Origin: Andalucia godoyi And28
Taxonomy: Eukaryota; Protista; Jakobida
NCBI GenBank assembly: GCA_009859145.1
Contig: VRVR01000023.1
Location: 205,319 to 269,318, forward strand
DNA length: 64,000 nucleotides
Direction of reading: 5' to 3'
The position numbers and the translations under genes are program-made. The notes under the pieces are model-generated. The model saw only the letters and a program-made list of their open reading frames with translations. It searched no databases and was not told where the DNA came from. This document shows positions 52,901 to 62,498 of the stretch, piece after piece; the stretch's first letter is position 1, and each line of letters begins with the position of its first letter.

Positions 52901-53185
52901 GCATGTCCGCATGACAAGCACAAGGACCCCAAAACAGCGCTCGATCATCCGACGAGAGCATCGCTTGTTGTATATGAGAGCCAGCACAGGAAGAAAGACA
53001 AGATCGCGGAGCCCAACTCCTGTAGAATGCTCAGACTTTCGCAGCAGTGCATGCAGCTCGTCCAGCACCGGCTCAACCGCCGTCTCCATGTCCATCCTAT
53101 CCAGCATCGAGCCGCTGCCACCAGAAGACGAGTTGATGATGGACGCCAGACGGAACGCAGTCGAACGGATCAAATGCTCTCCCAT
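49991..53185 (-). CDS. TTI1: TELO2-interacting protein 1 (TTT complex HEAT-repeat subunit)
   Basis: 1064-aa HEAT-like protein with SEEL..., YLPGLFSKL..L, RSAEWF..SRRN, V.HSL..KC..SL, PRLHKLWP and FLASRMQKE, which match recalled TTI1 blocks. Confidence 0.78.
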   Translation of the reverse strand: MGEHLIRSTAFRLASIINSSSGGSGSMLDRMDMETAVEPVLDELHALLRKSEHSTGVGLRDLVFLPVLALIYNKRCSRRMIERCFGVLVLVMRTCSQPVAGDDALRLLKIGQFGLLRAYPHLAPSAMEAFQQGEDSSSLPPSAVTAPSFSSSEELVISACDHLAMVFDRLQRSGAIDASFELRTVISNIMWMLQETFDAETRSKPVCLALLNVVLNICIFGASSRDFPLVYLPGLFSKLVKALRQGVSRGGRVYALCFSIMEVLLCSVFRDDVCKDLLPLETAGGGSSAAAVLDRLRSLAAAKHELSFDPESVAPVRAPPSETDSQSLSEQARIVLFPKRSAEWFDTSRRNVQDGLSAVLSVILEFSSAKARRAQLEMVHSLVSKCRRSLSACFPCMLELVLFRRLDVDPDVSGNAVMLFESIALTDSDTNLLNSFLAQTVHDRCKRLPHFLRSFVDDASLQAELKTIAAYVDLGPAISHFSIDTIRQSLYQLYCLDSVAHGAFAFLRGLSADVANSLCRSLGSKDAGHHLVSDLLDHIKLSRTTSHLVPLVLALRYVVDGSSMDAVSALRVLSVLFDDIFCLRWMSHSVQSFKELSLSESSFEILLQSVFNITCALARACGQSFLGLPIRLCLFKVLAKICDSNMKVRAVALETLRVIAVSVRSSAPSPAVDPTMTLLSSHMALIVDALARQMKHPALYPEAPMVLEGTLRAVLKARSFQWMMSFLQDSLELVLEDVAVVEPQHNVARVSMMITAVEVLHECFLANQKCQPVPTPAEVQRNPMAEVLNENAPVPRELAFVSRILEKVPDLLVVEHITLRVSTMMLIQKCCIALTSFPLECNPRLHKLWPHICRCVSADAPLPVQKAAIHLLSFLVQHHGGFLASRMQKEILPMMEAVMAGKRRLADSASTKFKSQLTRRDIVSITERGDRIIPSARTRNADPLIVDDKESAERILNDSLALVMHLVRAPSFAHVLRTGVYSLCVSLRIHLDKSDAREIMKLLARIDAGSVWLSLYEIAARHTWLPPADAPASWESVSSTGSDRNAFDLLQWMETSELQQQRQC

Positions 53186-53691
53186 TGCTCACATTGACCA
53201 GATTTCCCGATTCCACACTCACACACTTACGCTCTCTTTCGGTACTCTCACTGCTCAGAAGAAGAAGAAGAAGGAACAAATAGAAAAGGAAGGAAAAGAA
53301 AAACGGGAAAAACCAAAAGCAGAAGAAGAAAGAACTGTAGTCACTGTCTTGGAGAACACGCGAGACATCCGTGTTAGACTCAAGTGACGACAAAAGCCTC
53401 ACGTGTTCGAGTGCGAGTTTGCAAAAACGAACTCAGACGAGCTCGAGTGAGCCATTTCCAGAGTATTTTTTCTTTCTTTACAACGGCGAGGAAAGACGAC
53501 TGCATTGGCTGTGCGAGTTTTTCCTTTTTGAGTGGATGACAGATTATGCGTGTATGCTGTAGAACATAGAGAACAAGCGAATTGAGCCCCCCCTACGGAT
53601 GTACCAGATTGGAAAGGCCGAAAAAGTCGTTTAGTTAACACGTGTGCGATTTCGTTTCTTTTTGGCAGCGGATTGGCAAACAAAGAAGGGG

Positions 53692-55680
53692 ATGTCTACA
53701 GCAGGCGATTTTCAAGAAGACGACGGGCCGAGGCCACCGAGTCTGAAAGGAGCCAGAGAGGACATCCTGGTCTTGCTGCGGGACAAGACACCGGAGCAAG
53801 TGGAGGTGTTGGTAGAGGCTGTTTTGCCGTGCAAGTATGCACTCGAAAAACAAAAGTATCTGCTGTCGAAAACCGAAGTCGAGTTTGCGAGCACGGTGCC
53901 GTGGGAAGTGCGGTCGTGGCACGTGACGCGGTTCGTATCCGAGAAGTTTCTCGAGGCGTCTTCGGCAGGCGAGGTGATGCACGCCACAGAGGAGCGTGAT
54001 CTTCTAAAGCGGTTTTTTGCGCCGGAAGAAGATGCGTGGTTCCTTCTGCCGTCTCTTCTGAAGCAGACCAGTGTCAATTTGGACTCTGAATCCGCGGTCA
54101 ATCAGCACTTGTGGGAGTCGTGGACGTCGTTCCGATCGTTTCTTCTAAAGGAGAGACAAGATCGTCCTTCAGATCCCGTCATTTTGCATAATGTGGGAGT
54201 TGTGTGCGCCATGCTCGGGGATCTCTACACGGCATTTGAGGTCCTCAATGTCTTGATGTCTGCAGATCCCACAAACTCGCGGTTTCTTGCTTCTGCAACG
54301 TATCTGTTTATGATTGCGGATGAAATGCCGCTGTGTGTTTCAGTGCTTCTCTCGCTGCTGAAAGTTATGCATCGTAGAATGCATGCGTGCCAGGGTGTTC
54401 AGCTGAATTCCACTCTGGACATTTACCCAGTCAAGTTCTTTGACGAAGTCTTCATTTTGGCAGCACGCATCTTGGCTGCGCTCGCGTCTCCCGACAGCGC
54501 CGCTCAGCATGCGACGTCAACTGCGCAGTCCATTCCAGAAATGCCGTCAATCATACGGTCCTTGCAGCTCGAGAAACCGCTTCGTCGCATCACGCATTTG
54601 CTAAACACGGTGTATGGACGGATTCGTCAAACGCCGATTGGGAGGTCCTTGTTCCAGTCCATTGGTTCACTGGATGTGGCCGCGAGAGATATGCCGTATG
54701 TTCTCTTGCGCCATGCTGTCAAGGCCCCCACCAAGGAGGCATATTTGCAATTTCTGCGCCACTCTGCCCCCGTCCCTGCCCCCGACACCGATCTGTCTTT
54801 CTTGTCGTCATGGACCGTCAAAGACTACCTTCGCAGAGCGGGATCTCATTTGTTTAATATCCGTCAGGAGAAGCTGGTGTCGGACAGTTGGTCCGCCTCC
54901 TCTCCACTATTTCGAGGATCGCCTGCGGGACTGTCTGCGAGATCGCAGTCGCAGCCGCAGCCATCAGGTTCACTGATGTCGTGGAGCATTCTGGCATCCA
55001 TCACCAACACCTCTGTGCCACCGTCAGTGACGTCTCTCTTCTCGTTCCTGGGGTTCGCGCTGCTGGTGCGTGCGATAGCCGAGCGATTTCAGCCAAAAGC
55101 CGCCAATTCAGTGGATAGTGGAGCGTATGTGATTGCACGGCCTCTCCGGGCCCCATCCTCACGTCGAATGTCGCATCGGTCAATACGCGACCGAGTAAAA
55201 CTTGCGACCAATGGTCCAACGATTATCGATGACAGTTGTTCGAGCTCGAGCGATGACGAGGCTCTCGCGTCAGCTGCTGTTGCCAGCTCCCTGCCTCCCG
55301 CGAGAAGGATCCAGAAAGTGTCCTATGACAAACTCAAGAGTAGGATTGCAGCATTTGCTCCGTACCAGCTCGACAGTGAGACGCAGGACAAGCTGGTCGA
55401 GATCCAAGATTGGCAAACTCGCCGCGACATTACTAGCAGCGGAGCAAGGGACGCTAGTAGAGCCCGTTCTCGTGGTACTGTTGGATCGGAGCGAGTAGAA
55501 AACTCGTTCAACTCTAGGCTGTCCGATTCCCGTATGGCGTCGTCGTCCTTTTTCAAGCAGTTTGGAGCTCTCTCGAACCTGTCTTCCAACACGAATGTAA
55601 TGGCGTCCAGCACTCGTGTGGGAAACATGTCTTCCGGCTCTGCCCGTGCGCGGCTTGCCAACATCCGTGCAGGCATCTAA
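53692..55680 (+). CDS. Hypothetical TPR-containing protein with Ser/Arg-rich disordered C-terminus
   Basis: PVILHNVGVVCAMLGDLYTAFEVLNVLMSADPTN is TPR-like. 662-aa ORF; no orthologue recognised. Confidence 0.7.
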   Translation: MSTAGDFQEDDGPRPPSLKGAREDILVLLRDKTPEQVEVLVEAVLPCKYALEKQKYLLSKTEVEFASTVPWEVRSWHVTRFVSEKFLEASSAGEVMHATEERDLLKRFFAPEEDAWFLLPSLLKQTSVNLDSESAVNQHLWESWTSFRSFLLKERQDRPSDPVILHNVGVVCAMLGDLYTAFEVLNVLMSADPTNSRFLASATYLFMIADEMPLCVSVLLSLLKVMHRRMHACQGVQLNSTLDIYPVKFFDEVFILAARILAALASPDSAAQHATSTAQSIPEMPSIIRSLQLEKPLRRITHLLNTVYGRIRQTPIGRSLFQSIGSLDVAARDMPYVLLRHAVKAPTKEAYLQFLRHSAPVPAPDTDLSFLSSWTVKDYLRRAGSHLFNIRQEKLVSDSWSASSPLFRGSPAGLSARSQSQPQPSGSLMSWSILASITNTSVPPSVTSLFSFLGFALLVRAIAERFQPKAANSVDSGAYVIARPLRAPSSRRMSHRSIRDRVKLATNGPTIIDDSCSSSSDDEALASAAVASSLPPARRIQKVSYDKLKSRIAAFAPYQLDSETQDKLVEIQDWQTRRDITSSGARDASRARSRGTVGSERVENSFNSRLSDSRMASSSFFKQFGALSNLSSNTNVMASSTRVGNMSSGSARARLANIRAGI

Positions 55681-55957
55681 AATGCACGCTGTTTTTGTAT
55701 GCTTGATCCCCCCGTATCTTCCAGCGGTAGTGGACGTGGATGGATAAACACCAATCACGCCCTGTACCCTGTATCTACACCTCCCGTATTTTCTCCAACG
55801 CTGTTGTACACGTTTCGACTTTTTTCGCACGAGCGTCCTTTGCTGGGTGGTTTTCCTTTTCACTTTGCCTTTTTGCCTTGTTGTTGTTGCTGTTGTTGCT
55901 GTTGCTCAATTTCGTATATTTCACGTTTAGGTGCTTGATCGGGATCTCCAAAACTCA

Positions 55958-57253
55958 ATGTTTTCCGTTCGCCTGGCGTCGATTCTGCGCCCTGTAAAGA
56001 ATACATGGCGATGTACATACTGCTGTTCTTTCGCGTCATCCAACAAGAATTCCCCCGGCGATGTGGATTCGAATTCGACGATACGATTGCCGCGCTCTCA
56101 GGACTTTGCGACCAGCAACAAACCGTCGCCGACAGCAGATAGCATGACCGCGGGATCTATTCCAAGAATAGACGAGTTTTCGGAAAAAGAGGTTTCGGAG
56201 ATTCTAAAGGCTGTTGAAGACGGATCGGAAGAACATCTGGATCTACTGTTTCCGGGCGTCATTGACGATGTTTCGCATCTGACGACGTTGGATGAGCCAT
56301 TCCTGTCCAAAGAAGACTCTTTCCCGATCAAGTACTTTACTGACCACGAGTCGCTGCAGAATCTGGATTCCTGTTTCGCAGAAACGTACAAGACAACGCC
56401 AAAGAGATATACGTTTTCTGTCATGCATTCGGATCCTGCAGAGGCCGGGCCGTTCCCCCCGCCGTGGAAATCGTTCGAGATCCCAGATCGAAACTCTCTC
56501 GGATTGAAATACAAGACCGTCACTCGAGAGGAGTTGGTGCAGTGGCTTGAGAAACTGCATCCTCTGTGGTCCCTGGAAAGAGTAGAGGTGTTCAAACAAG
56601 CGGCTGCGGGTGTGGTTCCGGGTGTGGTTGCTGAGGAATCGTCGGAAAAACGAGTGTCTGTCATACTTGTACGCCCGTTTCTGTTTATTACACAGGCAGC
56701 TGCAATGAGGTTTCGACAGGAATTGGCGGATTTCGCGCGGCAATCTCATATCCGCCCTGCAGAAGTGGTCATGTATCGGCATGGGGCAGTGGTTACGGTG
56801 CGCCCACCAGACGACGCATCCATGTTTCTCGATGCAAACCTGGAACTCGCTTTCCAAGCGGATGCATTGTATCTGAAATGCTACGCACCAGCGTCCTTCA
56901 CTCCTGAAATGGAAAGCTTTATTGGCCAGAAGATGCAGCCGCATCTTGATAGCATTACAGATGAGCAACTTGCAAATTTAGATATCGAAAAGTACGAGCG
57001 GGAGTTGCGAGACGACGAGAAGAAGGAGATGGAAAAAATTAGAAAAGAAGCGGATGCCTACTACGAAAAGTTGGTTCGCACTGCAAAAAAGGCAGCAGTG
57101 GGTGCTGGGGGAGCTGCCGGTATGATAGGAGGGTTAGAAGGAGACGCAGAAGAGCCGTCTGATGTCTCGCAACTGAATGATATGGATCTCGGGTTCGGAC
57201 CGGGAGTCTTTGGAGCCAATGCAGTATTCTCGGAAAACCCAGAAGATCAATAG
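55958..57253 (+). CDS. Putative mitochondrial protein with a pterin-4a-carbinolamine dehydratase (PCD)-like domain
   Basis: Arg-rich, acid-free N-terminus (MFSVRLASILRPVKNTWRCTY). TREELVQWLEKLHPLWSL...LVRPFLF..QAAAMRFRQELADFARQSHIRP...VVTV..D...LELAFQADAL aligns by eye to the PCD fold. Confidence 0.6.
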   Translation: MFSVRLASILRPVKNTWRCTYCCSFASSNKNSPGDVDSNSTIRLPRSQDFATSNKPSPTADSMTAGSIPRIDEFSEKEVSEILKAVEDGSEEHLDLLFPGVIDDVSHLTTLDEPFLSKEDSFPIKYFTDHESLQNLDSCFAETYKTTPKRYTFSVMHSDPAEAGPFPPPWKSFEIPDRNSLGLKYKTVTREELVQWLEKLHPLWSLERVEVFKQAAAGVVPGVVAEESSEKRVSVILVRPFLFITQAAAMRFRQELADFARQSHIRPAEVVMYRHGAVVTVRPPDDASMFLDANLELAFQADALYLKCYAPASFTPEMESFIGQKMQPHLDSITDEQLANLDIEKYERELRDDEKKEMEKIRKEADAYYEKLVRTAKKAAVGAGGAAGMIGGLEGDAEEPSDVSQLNDMDLGFGPGVFGANAVFSENPEDQ

Positions 57254-57300
57254 AGGCAAAGAGGACGCGGCGGCGACGGCGGGGGGCGACTGTCTTCATT

Positions 57301-57327
57301 CTACGAGTTGTCGTCGGACGCGAACAA

Positions 57328-57361
<34 letters not shown>

Positions 57362-58173
57362 TCTGGCTGCTTTTTTGCATCGGCACGTTTATCGACGCTG
57401 CCCGTGAACGACTGGGACACAGGTTTTTGCGAAAAGAACACAGTGATTTCACTCTGCGCAGACTTTTCGGTAGACGCACCACCCTTCCGTTGCTGCTCTC
57501 GCTTCCTTGCCTGTACTTTTTGTTCATTAAACGGCATTCGCAGGACATCGTAGATTCGCTTGGCCTTTTTCTCGCCGATTCCAGGACACATTGTCAATTC
57601 ATCAAGTCCAGCATCGACGACGCCTCTCAAGTTGCCGAAACTGGACAGCAGAGTTTGTACATCTGTCTTGTTCACACTGCGAATGGTGCGCATTGTGTCG
57701 GTAACCTTGGCGACATAGTCGGATTCATCAATTTTTTCCATCAGCACATCCGGAGATTTGCTTTCAAAAAGCTTGAACGCTTCCAGATACCGTGCAACCT
57801 CCACGCTGGACCACGCCAGAATCAGCGTCATGTTGTTGTTAATGCACAGTTTCGCGACTTCTGCCAGCAACGCGTCCGCATCTTCTAAATCCACTTGCAT
57901 CAGCAACACCCGCAAACGATACGTCTTCATCAGAGCCTGAATTCTCTCGAATATGTACTTTGGATGCAAATTGTGAAACCGGGCTGAGAGATACAGAACA
58001 GCCGTAGAAGCGTTCGGAAGATAATCAGGAACAATGTTTGCAAACTCGTACGGCACTTGGCGGATGTACTTCAGCACCGGGTTCTGACGCTGGCGCTCCG
58101 AACAAATAATTGCATTAGGGTTCGCAGTAGGAGGCGCAACAAACGAAGGAGGCTCCTTCGCAAGCACAGACAT
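57301..58173 (-). CDS. ERCC1: DNA excision repair protein ERCC1/Rad10
   Basis: RQRQNPVLKYIRQVPYEF..IVPDY, LYLSARFHNLHPKYIFERI, LILAWSSVEVARYLEAFK, IRSVNKTDVQTLLSSFG and CPGIGEKKAKRI. Confidence 0.97.
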
Positions 58174-58525
58174 TGACCCTACGTCTCTTCACTCACTCTC
58201 GCTCCCAACAACAACAACACACAAACGAAACGAAGCGAAGGAAAGCCTTTTTTTTTTCTCTTCTGGGAGTTGTGTGACAGCGGGGGCTTTTTTATGCCAA
58301 CAAAGGAAAAAGCACCCGCTTGCGCCATTACGTCGACATCCGGCAATCAGTAGCATCGCTTGAGTCTGCGTCTTTTGCGGCGAAACTGGCGGGGGATTTT
58401 TTTCACCGATCCTCCCGACAGCGTTTATTCAAAGTTTTTGTTCACGCTTGCAAGTTTGGAAACGCAGTCTGCGGGATCTTGACTTGGGCTATTGGGGCTA
58501 TTGTGGCCGTATTTGTGCTGGAGAG

Positions 58526-60004
58526 ATGGATCACGAGTCATCATCAACTGAGTGCTGCTTCCATTCCGAGCAGCTCGTCGACCGAGTGGAGTATGTGGCA
58601 AAGTGCGTTGCCGAGTACGAGAAATCATGTCGTGTCTGCATCATTTGCAGTCATGAAAAGGCAGTTCGGCGAAACTGGGCCGCATTGTTGGCGTCGCAAT
58701 GGACTCCACAGAAACTTTCGGTATCGCTGTTGCATTCCGAGCGCAAACTTGCCGGTGCATCTCTTGAAGATGAAGATGATGATGAAGATTGCGACGGTGG
58801 CCATAGGAGGCGGGCATGGGCATTTGTGATTCCGAGTAATGTTTTGGGTTCTAGCGTGTTTAGGGGCGCGTTGACAAAGCACGGTGGTCGAGTATCGGGA
58901 ATTTTCCGGCGCAGCACGTTTATATTTCTGGATGATTTTCCTTCTGGCTCGCTGGCCACGTTGAAACAACTGCTCGAATGCTCGCTGTATGGAGACACGC
59001 GGGTCCACGTCATGTCGTCTTTGCAGTCTGTGGAGGAGGTGGCGCGGTTCCGATCTCGAATTCTGGACTGCCCGGATAGTCAGTCTCGATCGCTCGGGAT
59101 CGTGGATCATTGTGCTGGGCAGCTCGAGCGGCAAATCGCAAATTTTCGAAAGTTGAATCGGCTGTTTAGATCATCACAGTCTGCTGCCATGGTCGAAGTG
59201 CTGAAGGACCACCCGGCAATTTGGAAAGACTATCATGCAGAGTTTGAACGACGACGAAAAACATGGGACATCGATCCCGCGCAAGCTATTGGGTATTACT
59301 TGGCAAAGAACTCTTCCAGGTTTCAGCTGCGAGACGACAGCGACAGCAGCAACTATTCGATTTTCGATTTCGGCGCGGGTGAGAGTCTTTTGCTGGAGAG
59401 AAGCTTCTTAGAGCATGCAGATTCGGACGTGCCAGTATCGCGGATCGTTGCAGTGGATTACTCCTGTTCGGACGCTGCACAGAGAATCAACAGCGAGTTT
59501 GCCGGGAGACGTCTGTGCGTGGCGCAGGTTGAGCCGTTTGCATTGGATGTTGCAGATACTCGGCAAATAGTGCAGCTCTGTGGTTCTGCTACATTTGCAG
59601 TATTCTGTCTTGCACTCTCGGGAATGAACACGGGTCACTACCTCAGGAGCGCTCTGTACGTTCTGCGCGCATCAGAATCCAGAGTAGTGCGGCTGGTGAT
59701 ATGCGAGGCTGCGTTCCGTTTCAGAAGGGATCATCCCACCACAATCGCATCGTTAGAGGCGTTTCTGCAGGCTGTGACTCTTGGCTCGGCCGACATTTCC
59801 GCCAAGGACTGCACACCCGAAATCGTATCCGCGTTTTGCAAGCACTCTGCCGCTGTTGTAGGTCCCAACCCCCATCCTTCCTTTATGTACATTCTGATTT
59901 CCCTTTGCACTACAGAAGAACTGCAGCTCGCCCCCATCGACGACCAGATGTGGGATGTGTCAGACGCACACTTTTTTGCAACGAAAACCCCCCACCCAGC
60001 CTGA
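58526..60004 (+). CDS. RRP8-like SAM methyltransferase domain with a long uncharacterised N-terminal region
   Basis: FRKLNRLFRSSQSAAMVEVLKDHPAIWKDYHAEF....TWDIDP matches RRP8 FRWINEQLYT.SS.EA......P.LF..YH.GF..Q...WP.NP. Also IFDFGAGE and VFCLALSGMN..YL..A..VLR. The start is uncertain because the frame is open from 58448. Confidence 0.7.
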   Translation: MDHESSSTECCFHSEQLVDRVEYVAKCVAEYEKSCRVCIICSHEKAVRRNWAALLASQWTPQKLSVSLLHSERKLAGASLEDEDDDEDCDGGHRRRAWAFVIPSNVLGSSVFRGALTKHGGRVSGIFRRSTFIFLDDFPSGSLATLKQLLECSLYGDTRVHVMSSLQSVEEVARFRSRILDCPDSQSRSLGIVDHCAGQLERQIANFRKLNRLFRSSQSAAMVEVLKDHPAIWKDYHAEFERRRKTWDIDPAQAIGYYLAKNSSRFQLRDDSDSSNYSIFDFGAGESLLLERSFLEHADSDVPVSRIVAVDYSCSDAAQRINSEFAGRRLCVAQVEPFALDVADTRQIVQLCGSATFAVFCLALSGMNTGHYLRSALYVLRASESRVVRLVICEAAFRFRRDHPTTIASLEAFLQAVTLGSADISAKDCTPEIVSAFCKHSAAVVGPNPHPSFMYILISLCTTEELQLAPIDDQMWDVSDAHFFATKTPHPA

Positions 60005-60501
60005 CAACTGCAGGCGATGACCAGGCGAATGCACTGCGTTATCTATGCACGGTATTTGGTTTTGTGTGTGCGCGTGTGCGTGTGTGTTTTTTGCGCACTG
60101 TAGATGTGCCAAACAGAAGTGTCTTTTAGCGAGACGTGATCAGGTTGTCCAAAATGCTTGAAGAGCACACCACAGAATGGTATCAAGTGACGCAAGCTTC
60201 CTATTAAACGGCGAGAACCCCGCCCAATTCCGTTCTTTTCTTTGTGCAACTCATCCTCCTTTTCGATGGTTGCAAAATTTTTCTCATGGAAGGAAACCTC
60301 ATTGTTGTTGCGTGAAACTGCGCGACAACATGGATTTAATAACCGCTGGCTTATCAAAAATTCCAAGCATACTCGAAGCAACCACTTTTGTCTTGCAAAT
60401 ACTAAAGTAACTCAAAATTTTCAATTTCTTGCAGCTGTTGTTGTTGCTATTGTTGTTGCGGTCGTCGTTGTCGTTTTCTTCTCGGTTTCTTTCGATGTGC
60501 A

Positions 60502-62412
60502 ATGAGCGATGTATACAGTGATGATTCATTCGAGTCGATTGAGGAATCGGTGGCGTCTGCGCCCATTACTCCAAAGTCCGTGACGTCTGCGGCTTCGCAT
60601 CGGCGTTCTGCGATTGACTTACGACTGGTTGCGCTTGCTTCGAGTGAGGCGCACAGCCCAGGCCCGTCGACTGCGCGCAGCCGAAGCGACCGGTACTCTC
60701 CAGTGGCTTCCGCTCGTGCGAATCGCCAGGAATCTCCGCTGCAGAGCCCATCATCCTCTGCATATCGGTTTACAGGACCACAACAGTCGTTGGCGACTTC
60801 AGAATCAGCGACGCCAAAGCCAGCTGCTGCTGGTGGTCAAGGTGGATCCCGCAGCGCAGACTCGGAGGTTGACACGACACCACAAGCAGAAGCACAGTCC
60901 GTATTGTTTGCGCCGTACATTGACAAGATGATTCATTCTCAGCCATTGCGGTTCGCACATCACGCCGATTCCTCCAAGTTTCTTGACAAGGAAAACATCC
61001 TTGCGTACATGCATGAGATTCGAATGATGGACGAGTGCATTCTGGATCTTATCTGTGAGATGGCGTCTGCAGACTCCATGACGAATTCAGACCCGATTGA
61101 TGCGGTGGTCGTTGCGAAACAGACGAGCATCAAGAACGCGGTGTTGACGGAGGATACGGAACGAAGAAGCAAGTACCTCTCGCGAATTGGATCTCCATCG
61201 TTGGATGCTCCGGCGATGGTGGTGGATGTGGTGACAAATTTGCCCATGGTGCTTTCCGTGTCATTTGTTCGCTTGTTGTTTGTGCTTTCTGAACGACTCT
61301 GCAGCATGTTTGGCGCCTGGCATTCCAAGGACAGCGAAATGCTTCCACGCAATGAGAACAGTCAGCATGTCTCATTTGGCCTTGCTGAAAGACAAGATCG
61401 CCTGTATTTGGCCCTACACTTGTCACTTTTGCATCAATGCTATCCGATGTCAAATCATGCCGCGTTGTTTGGGTTGCTGCATGAAGAAGTTGACTTTGCT
61501 CTGCTCTGCATTCTCGATTATCTTTTCGATCGTGTAGTTCCTGGGAAGCATGTGTGGAGGCCGAGGAGGGTGGACGACGCTTCGTATGCATTTCATTGCG
61601 TTGCCGCCGTATCGCAGTTGAACGCGTCCATTTTGAGGAGTCTACGCCGAGACGACTGGGAAGATCGCCTGGCATTCGGTAACGAATCCATGAAAGAATT
61701 TCAGGATGTCAACTATGAGCGTGTGTTTGAACTTGTCCCAGGATCACCCTCTGCCGCACGCCCTTCCAACTCATCCACAAAGAAGAAGACGGTTGATGCC
61801 GTCGTTACTGCATTGTCTGCAAGCATTGCAAGGGACTTTCCACTGGTTGCGCAAGCTGAAATCGAGGAAATTGTGCTGGAGTCTGCCAGTCGTCTTCTCC
61901 AGGATGAGGTCATTGCAGCGTCCATCCAACGTCGCGCAAGGAAACAAGTGGGGAAGATTGACTTGCAACAGCGCCAGTGCCGTCCTGCAGATGTATCGGA
62001 AACCGTACTTCCCAACGCAGCGGGAGTCGGCGGAAGTTCAAACAGCATGATGCCGGCTCCAAATGATGACAGAGCGAGCGTCGCTTCATCAGCCACCGAT
62101 GCTGCGTCTGCTCTGTTTTTCGACTCGCACGCTTTTCCTCCTACAACGAGCTGCACGGATGCGGCATTCGAATCTCCTGCGGGGGATCTCTCTCATAGCC
62201 CCGAACCTCTAAGGAAAGGTCCTGTTGTGCAACCTGGCATGGATACTGGGGATGTCAAAAGAAAACGAAATCCCGTGAAAGGGACGTCCAAGGCTTCTTT
62301 CTCTTCTGCTTTATCAACGGTGAAAAAGACAACCACTCCACAGCGTCTTTCACCCACCCTAAACATGCCTGTTATGCACGGGTCTCCTGACGGAGTTGGG
62401 TGGGGAGATTGA
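60502..62412 (+). CDS. Hypothetical protein, Ser/Pro-rich termini with a helical core
   Basis: 636-aa ORF with a clear ATG. No family was confidently recognised. Confidence 0.7.
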   Translation: MSDVYSDDSFESIEESVASAPITPKSVTSAASHRRSAIDLRLVALASSEAHSPGPSTARSRSDRYSPVASARANRQESPLQSPSSSAYRFTGPQQSLATSESATPKPAAAGGQGGSRSADSEVDTTPQAEAQSVLFAPYIDKMIHSQPLRFAHHADSSKFLDKENILAYMHEIRMMDECILDLICEMASADSMTNSDPIDAVVVAKQTSIKNAVLTEDTERRSKYLSRIGSPSLDAPAMVVDVVTNLPMVLSVSFVRLLFVLSERLCSMFGAWHSKDSEMLPRNENSQHVSFGLAERQDRLYLALHLSLLHQCYPMSNHAALFGLLHEEVDFALLCILDYLFDRVVPGKHVWRPRRVDDASYAFHCVAAVSQLNASILRSLRRDDWEDRLAFGNESMKEFQDVNYERVFELVPGSPSAARPSNSSTKKKTVDAVVTALSASIARDFPLVAQAEIEEIVLESASRLLQDEVIAASIQRRARKQVGKIDLQQRQCRPADVSETVLPNAAGVGGSSNSMMPAPNDDRASVASSATDAASALFFDSHAFPPTTSCTDAAFESPAGDLSHSPEPLRKGPVVQPGMDTGDVKRKRNPVKGTSKASFSSALSTVKKTTTPQRLSPTLNMPVMHGSPDGVGWGD

Positions 62413-62498
62413 CAAACGTCAAATTGCAAAATCTGCAAAAATTAGCAAATTGCAAGTTACTTTTATTGGAACAAAAGCCGACTAGGGTCGCACGCGCG

